From assembly GCF_001194135.2 (NCBI RefSeq), contig NC_068983.1:127871722-127918265 (forward strand): 46,544 bases of DNA, read 5' to 3'. Of the stretch, positions 39,917 to 46,544 are shown in pieces. Both the position numbers and the translations under genes were made by a program. Source of the DNA: Octopus bimaculoides (lineage: Eukaryota). The stretch's first letter is position 1. Each line of letters begins with the position of its first letter. The notes beneath the pieces are model-generated. The model was not told the DNA's origin, did not search any database, and worked only from the letters and a program-made list of their open reading frames with translations.

Positions 39917-40729
39917 GCAAGAAAAGAATTATTGTAGAAATGCCATGATATCATTCTCAAGGATGTCTGAGTTCTTCAGAAGCAACATTTCTGTTTCATT
40001 TCTATTTATAAATATTGAGGAAATGAATGTTGTTTGTCTTTCCAGAGGCATGGAACAGAATACGACTGTAACAGACAAAAACGTTATTGATATTTTAAAT
40101 AGGTCATTGTGTACATACCTTCGATAGTGTTACATTTTGCAAAGATGTACGTATAAAAATTGTTTCGTCTGGTCATGAAAACTTATAACTAAGCCGCTGT
40201 TAAAAGGAATTTTCTAGCATCGAGGCTTTTTCGATAAAGTTTACCAATGTTCGAGTTGCGAAACACACTCACCTTTGAATTAACACTGTGCTGAGGTCTC
40301 TGGTTGCGGGAATTTGTCCACTTACGCTATGGTTTTGCACTTAAAGCCGTATTAGTATTTATTATAGAGTCGCCGATCTAAATTACTATTTGGAAATTTA
40401 CAGGTCTGTTTTAAGTGTTAGTTGTATATTTCTGGCAAGTATAATTTTGAGAATCAGGCTTCATTAGCTGTCATACCAATATATATAGACTTACACTGGA
40501 AACATTACCTCTTCAACACAGACGTTTTATCTTCTGTTTACTCTAACGTGACATGCCTGGCAACTGCTTCAACGGATTTGGCTTCAGAATATATTTGAAC
40601 GATCATCTTTTATAATTCTAAATTTAACAGTGTGTAAACTGGCAAACACAGCATATAGAGAAGTATCTCTGAACCGTAACTACATTCATTCGATATCTTT
40701 ATCATCTTTACTGGAAGCCTCCAGCATAT

Positions 40730-40765
<36 letters not shown>

Positions 40766-40946
40766 TAGACGCTATATGTGTGAAGTTATTTCTTTGAATC
40801 AAAAACCTGGAGCTATAAGTTTTGTTGTGTCTATTAATACCAACACTTGTGTTGCTAATTTACAATTTATAGAAACTGTGTTAGAGGAAGAGTGTAACAT
40901 TTCACAGCACATTGGTCGTGTCATGATTATACATGTGTATGTGTGT

Positions 40947-41155
40947 GGAGGTACGTGGCTTAGTTGTCACGCGTGATGACCTCACGTTCTTGAGAGCGTG
41001 GTTTCGATCCCCAGACCGGCTGCCGTTCTGTTTCTGAGTAAAACACGTCACTTCACGTAGCTTCGGTCCACTCTGTTTTAAATGGGCCACCCTTCGGCGG
41101 ACTAGCCTTCAGGGGGAATGTTGGCTTGCTCGCCTAGCCAGCACATTGGCGTCAT
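40947..41155 (+). mobile_element. tRNA-derived SINE family C variant
   Basis: ggaggtacgtggcttagttg...gtggtttcgatcccc...tttctgagtaaaacacgtcacttcacgtagct; the 3' part differs from the 2904 copy. Confidence 0.7.
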
Positions 41156-41584
41156 GCAATCACTATAACTATGCATATTACATTCGGACCAGCGCTGTAT
41201 GATAACTTCCGATAGTCTGTTCCATCACGTAATATATGCATATATATAGTCCGTAAGTGTGTATGTGTGGTTAAGTGTTTTAAAAAGATATAACTGATAA
41301 TACACTGTAAAATAATATTCGAATCATATATAAGAAACAAATCCACTGCCGTGTGTGTGTGTGCGACTGAGAAAGAGAAACAGAGGGGAGATATGTATGA
41401 CTGTCTACATACACATACATATATGTGTGTGTATATGTGTTTGTGTGTGTGTGTATGTGTTTTGTATATATGAACGGGCGTGTATTGAATGAAAATTTGG
41501 CATTCTGCTCTGAGCTTTGTCCAAATCAAGCTGATCACGAGGTTTGGATGCATGTACTTTCAGATCAGTTCCGCTTCCCCGCTA

Positions 41585-41621
<37 letters not shown>

Positions 41622-41707
41622 AAGGATAGTGCTCTATAAGACTTCCAGAAACTCAGCATGAATACTCCAGAAACATCCAGAGTACGTGCCTGTCCACAAA
41701 GCCATTG

Positions 41708-41757
<50 letters not shown>

Positions 41758-41897
41758 GTATATTTGCCAACTACATGTGGCTAACCCCTAACGATCGATG
41801 CTGGCTGTTGACTCCGGCTGGCTATTAACACACTATCTGTGCCTTGTCAGTATTTGCAAAGGGAAGTCATCGTGCCCATCTGCAGCATGACTTGATA

Positions 41898-41942
41898 CAC
41901 ACGGACCCGAATTTCTGGGTATTGACCCGTCATCAGCGTGTA
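41898..41942 (-). ncRNA. Minimal type I hammerhead ribozyme motif (Penelope/retrozyme type)
   Basis: Minus strand UACACG-CUGAUGA-CGGGUCAAUACCCA-GAAA-UUCGG-GUC-CGUGUG. It has an intact CUGAUGA/GAAA core, a GUC cleavage triplet, a 6-bp stem I and a GGGU/ACCC stem II. Confidence 0.75.
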
Positions 41943-42059
41943 ACAACCACCGATTTTCTATATTATGTTAATAAATATCTATTACAAAGAAAAACACTAC
42001 AGGACGTTACAAGCATATAAATTTGCTAAGTGAGTTTATGTTTAAAAAATTTGATGAAC

Positions 42060-42698
42060 CATTTTCACAACGTATTCTTTCACAAAATATGACCGGAAAG
42101 ACCGCGACTACACCTTGCTTTTACCATGGGTGGAATTAAGTAAGGACAGTTACTCCCAACTTCCTCGCGACATCTTTCCATCTTTTCACATGTATAATTC
42201 CCGACAGGTGTCTTCTCCCCATCCGTAACTTGCTCTTCATGTGGTACCTGAAGTAGTATAGCGAACCAGGGTCGGAGATGAAGTATCCTATCACGATTCC
42301 TTGCATTCTTGTTCTCCATGCACGCACTTTCATTACTGCGACCGTACACAGAATTCATGCCCCATCTGACTTTGATAGTCCTGTTGGTGTTATAATGTTT
42401 ATCACAGAATCAGTTGATAGCTGTACTTTTCCAAGCTGTGACAACACATGTTCTACCTCAATTACTTAGCCCGAAAGCTTCGGGCAATATACAAGATCGT
42501 GCAGGACAGATTCCTTTTGCAGCCCATACCTCGGGCATGCCTGTGACACTGATATTCCATGCCTGGAGAAATTATCACGGACAGGTACCGCATCCCTGTA
42601 ACACTGTCAGGTCAGAGATCTTAGGTAACTATTCAAATACCCCTAATTGAAGGTGTTTTCGACCCCAGGCCACGAACATTTATACGACCTAAATTAAT
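42060..42698 (-). mobile_element. Tx1/L1-clade LINE ORF2 3' remnant (zf-RVT and C-terminus) fused to the endonuclease N-terminus
   Basis: One decayed frame reads YLNSYLRSLT*QCYRDAVPVRDNFSRHGISVSQACPRYGLQKESVLHDLVYCP (zf-RVT W..Y...LPVR...C-x2-C...E...H....C), then VEHVLSQLGKVQLS...VAVMKVRAWRTR...FRYHMKSKLRMGRR...KRWKDVAR*. Upstream, INLGRINVRGLGSK lies at 42657-42698. Confidence 0.85.
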
Positions 42699-43957
42699 TT
42701 CCAAAGTAAAAACATAGAAACTTGCATTTGAAGAATGGAAAGTGGCTGCATGAATTGACCAACCTCCCCTTCCTTTACTTTTATGTATATATGTATGTAA
42801 ATATATATGTGTATATATGTTTATAAGTGTATACGTATATCTGCATATATATATATATATGTGTGTGTATATGTTTATATGTGTATATGTATATATATTT
42901 ATATATGTGTATATATATATGTGTATATATATATATGTATATATATGTTGAATAGTGTTGATATATTTTCGATTATTTTTTATTAATAATATTTGATTAA
43001 TAATTAATCTTTATTGTTTATAATATCGTTAAAGATTTTTTTTTAAATTAAAACTTTGTATATATATATAAAGTTTAATCTTTTATTCTTAATAATTTTT
43101 TCTTTCCTAATTTTTTCATTCATAATTTTTGCATTCATAATTTTTTCATTCATATTTTTACTATTACGTTTGTAGAAATAAATAATCTTGTATTTTTCTA
43201 TTATTCAATTGATTTTTAATTTTAATTANNNNNNNNNNNNNNNNNNNNNNNNNNNNNNNNNNNNNNNNNNNNNNNNNNNNNNNNNNNNNNNNNNNNNNNN
43301 NNNNNNNNNNNNNNNNNNNNNNNNNNNNNNNNNNNNNNNNNNNNNNNNNNNNNNNNNNNNNNNNNNNNNNNNNNNNNNNNNNNNNNNNNNNNNNNNNNNN
43401 NNNNNNNNNNNNNNNNNNNNNNNNNNNNNNNNNNNNNNNNNNNNNNNNNNNNNNNNNNNNNNNNNNNNNNNNNNNNNNNNNNNNNNNNNNNNNNNNNNNN
43501 NNNNNNNNNNNNNNNNNNNNNNNNNNNNNNNNNNNNNNNNNNNNNNNNNNNNNNNNNNNNNNNNNNNNNNNNNNNNNNNNNNNNNNNNNNNNNNNNNNNN
43601 NNNNNNNNNNNNNNNNNNNNNNNNNNNNNNNNNNNNNNNNNNNNNNNNNNNNNNNNNNNNNNNNNNNNNNNNNNNNNNNNNNNNNNNNNNNNNNNNNNNN
43701 NNNNNNNNNNNNNNNNNNNNNNNNNNNNNNNNNNNNNNNNNNNNNNNNNNNNNNNNNNNNNNNNNNNNNNNNNNNNNNNNNNNNNNNNNNNNNNNNNNNN
43801 NNNNNNNNNNNNNNNNNNNNNNNNNNNNNNNNNNNNNNNNNNNNNNNNNNNNNNNNNNNNNNNNNNNNNNNNNNNNNNNNNNNNNNNNNNNNNNNNNNNN
43901 NNNNNNNNNNNNNNNNNNNNNNNNNNNNNNNNNNNNNNNNNNNNNNNNNNNNNNNNN

Positions 43958-44002
<45 letters not shown>

Positions 44003-44864
44003 GATGAATAAATATTTATATATATAGGCTTGTAGGTGTATATAAACATTCATCCGTGCACACGTGTCTGTATGTGTGTGTGTTTATAGAGCATGCCTAT
44101 TTCCATATTTCACAACCTTATTCTATTGAATGATTTCAATCATCGCATTGTCGCGATGACGGACGAATATTTTCAGTTCCTCTACAGCTACTATATATGT
44201 TATTCATTTTATTGATCTATGTCTGTCGAGCGGCTATTTTGTCTTGAAACTCTATCCATTTATCTATTTTTTTGTTTTCACTTTAATAACTAGAGTTTTA
44301 ATCAAGTTTACGCTGTTTTTGTTTGAAGTATTGTGCTTGATAATATTGACATACCCATTATTTCAAAACTGCTACTCTTCTGTCGAAGATAAAAACAATT
44401 ATACGTCTATTTCTAAATACCTCTAAATTTTAGAAAAATGTCCAATATTTCTTACAACTTTTGCTTTTCTTACATTTATTTAAAACCCAAACAATCCCTC
44501 TAACAACATAACTGTGATGTCCCTAACCTACTGTTCCTACCCAGAATCAGGAATGCATATATTGTCAGTCTCTAAAGGATGTGCTCTAGTGGGGAATTTG
44601 ATAGAACTGAAAAGCAATCCGTGATATCGAGCACAATATTTTCTATGACTATATTTCTACTTCCACAACTCAGCCCTAAATGTATTCGAAATCTAATGGA
44701 AAATAGGTCAGTTTCAAAATGTTTATGTCCTTGTCACAAAACAAAACTTTGAGAAAACTAATAATCCTCTCTTTTGGTTTCTAAATAAAAGCAAAATGGG
44801 AAAGAACACTGACTGACGAAAGACAAAATGAAAGTAAATTGTTACAGTGATATCAAAAGCTGTC

Positions 44865-45010
44865 TGCTCGCATAAGTTCGTCCTTTTAGGCACCGTGTTC
44901 AAATGTGGCCGATTTGCCCTTTATTGACTCGGGTTCAATAAAATAACAACCACGCACTGACTTAGATGTATTCTGTCTCCTTATAATATCTGTCCAAAAT
45001 ATGCCAACAT
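44865..45010 (+). mobile_element. Highly degenerate SINE family B piece
   Basis: gtgttcaaatgtggccgatttgccctttattgactcgggttcaataaaataacaacc resembles the family B body. Confidence 0.5.
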
Positions 45011-45431
45011 TTTTACGTTGTTATCTTTATTCTAGAAACGTTATTTTATTTGCATCAATAAATCCGTTTCTTTTATTATCTCTACATTCAAGAATCTCAA
45101 AATGTAATTAAATTACTAGTTATCTATGCGCTTTCTTAATTTCATTCAGAATTATAATTTTAAAATATATAAATATTTTCTGTTCAGGAATAAGCTACAA
45201 CCCTGCAAATATTCAATAGCAAATACACTTCTATGATTACCAAAAATGCATGTCTACGTTTGTCCATTTAAGTTCTCTTTACTTAGTAGAGCTATTATAG
45301 TTCTTTATGCTATCAATTATTTTGGAGTAATTAATATATTGAAATAAATAAGGTAAACAAGTCGAATGAATTTCAAAATACTCCTTGTTTTTATGGTTTG
45401 TAATGCAGAATTTCGTTATTTTTTCTTCTAG

Positions 45432-45555
45432 GATTATCTTTCACAATTTGGCTACCTCACACCACAAAGTCCAGAGACTGGAAACTTGAGGACCGATAAG
45501 TCCATGGAGGATGCTATCAGGCAGTTTCAACGCATGGCTGGTATCACAGTTACAG
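45432..45555 (+). CDS. MMP: Matrix metalloproteinase (peptidase M10A) prodomain exon, probably exon 2; paralogue not assignable
   Basis: Acceptor ttttttcttctAG and donor ACAG|GTAAGT; 124 bp, phase 0/1. Translates as DYLSQFGYLTPQSPETGNLRTDKSMEDAIRQFQRMAGITVT(G), matching the MMP YL-x2-(F/Y)GYL...AI-x2-FQ...GL-x-VTG motif. The intron after VTG falls where many animal MMPs have one. Confidence 0.93.
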
Positions 45556-45703
45556 GTAAGTTCATATTTCTTATGTGTATGTATGTATGGCGTGTTGCTT
45601 GGTATTGTAACATAAATACATACATTTATATTAACACAAACCCCCGTGCGTATATATATGCACTTACATGTAAGCATATATACTTATGTATATGTATGTA
45701 GAC

Positions 45704-45759
<56 letters not shown>

Positions 45760-45761
<2 letters not shown>

Positions 45762-45812
45762 CGGCGGTGCTCCCGCATGTACGCAGCTTAAGCCGATAAA
45801 AGAATAAAATAG
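45760..45812 (+). mobile_element. 5'-truncated SINE family A tail inside the MMP intron
   Basis: ggcggtgctcccgcatgtacgcagc...aaaagaataaaatag, following (TA)n. Confidence 0.6.
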
Positions 45813-45865
45813 TACATATGGATATATATATATATATGTGTGTGCGTGTGTGTGTGTGTGTGTAT

Positions 45866-46300
45866 GTTTAACGTTTCGAACCTACGCTCTTCCACAGAAA
45901 GGAACACAGAAAGAAAGAAAGGGAGAAAATAAAGAATGTGTAGTGGCTAGCGATCTATAATAGCGAATGCCGGACAAAGGGGTTACACAGGAGAGCTAAG
46001 GAGTAGGCGAGATAATAAAGTATGCATGATCCCAAAATGAAGGTAATCGGGCGTATTTATAAGAGAGTATGTATGTGCATGTGGAAGAGGGCAGGTGACC
46101 TTGAAGTGTGCGTGGGTGTATGTCTGATTTTGGTGTGAGGCTGGAGGTGGTCAGTGCTAGGGTTTGCGTGGTGGTGTGAAGTAATGTGGTGCTGTGTGGT
46201 ATGGTAGTGTATGGTGTGATGGTGTGTGGTAAGGTGTTGTGGTGTTTGGGGTGTGAGGAAGGCGAGGGTAGGGAAAACAAGAGAGTGCTGTGGGTTAGGC
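45866..46300 (-). mobile_element. Penelope-like element terminal-repeat/3' region, antisense in the MMP intron
   Basis: The reverse complement aligns to 11665-12072 (ttttgggatc, tccggcattcgc, ttctttctgtgttcctttctgtggaagagcgtaggttcgaaacgtt). It may extend to about 46490. Confidence 0.7.
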
Positions 46301-46509
46301 TGAGGGTGGTGGTAACGTGGGGTATGAATATACAGGAACAAACTGAGGAAATGGGTTCTTTCAAAGAGATTTGTTAAATGCGTGATTCAATGGTACGTCA
46401 GTTGAATATCGTATAAATATGGGTATAATTTTCACAGTCTAGCCGTCTTTTCACACGGGATTTCTTCTTTCCTTAGACCATGATAATGAAGTGACTTGCA
46501 CATATATAT

Positions 46510-46544
<35 letters not shown>

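Noticed and set aside
42136-42200. KRWKDVARKLGV resembles a death-domain helix
   Set aside because: It is in frame with the upstream zf-RVT motif and fits the C-terminus of Tx1/L1 ORF2, so it is LINE-derived.
42469-42485. Perfect hairpin GCCCGAA-agc-TTCGGGC
   Set aside because: It lies inside the LINE coding remnant (CPKLSG), has no U-tract, and is most likely chance; it is not a terminator.

Overview
AT-rich, microsatellite-dense eukaryotic draft-assembly DNA with 14 N-gaps, almost all flanked by (TA)n/(CA)n/(GA)n tracts. The SINE families and repeat landscape look cephalopod, probably Octopus; this is recognition from memory, not a database result. The one confidently identified host-gene element is a 124-bp plus-strand exon at 45432-45555 encoding the N-terminal prodomain (peptidoglycan-binding-like fold) of a matrix metalloproteinase, so most of the window is probably its first intron or upstream region. 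The rest is mostly transposon debris: Tc1 and mariner transposase remnants, a Charlie-like hAT MITE, a CR1-group LINE and a Tx1/L1-clade LINE (both apparently lacking the RT core through internal deletion), three copies of a Penelope-like terminal repeat, and about 14 tRNA-derived SINE pieces from three families, all on the plus strand. The most notable RNA-level signals are a canonical-core minimal type I hammerhead ribozyme (minus, 41898-41942) and a hammerhead-like fold with a non-canonical core in the Penelope-like repeats. A chain of phase-compatible minus-strand candidate exons (16090-16183, 2628-2771, 1589-1677, 1310-1416) is speculative. Most supplied ORFs are microsatellite, gap or antisense-TE artefacts. 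No CRISPR array, rRNA or genuine tRNA gene was seen.
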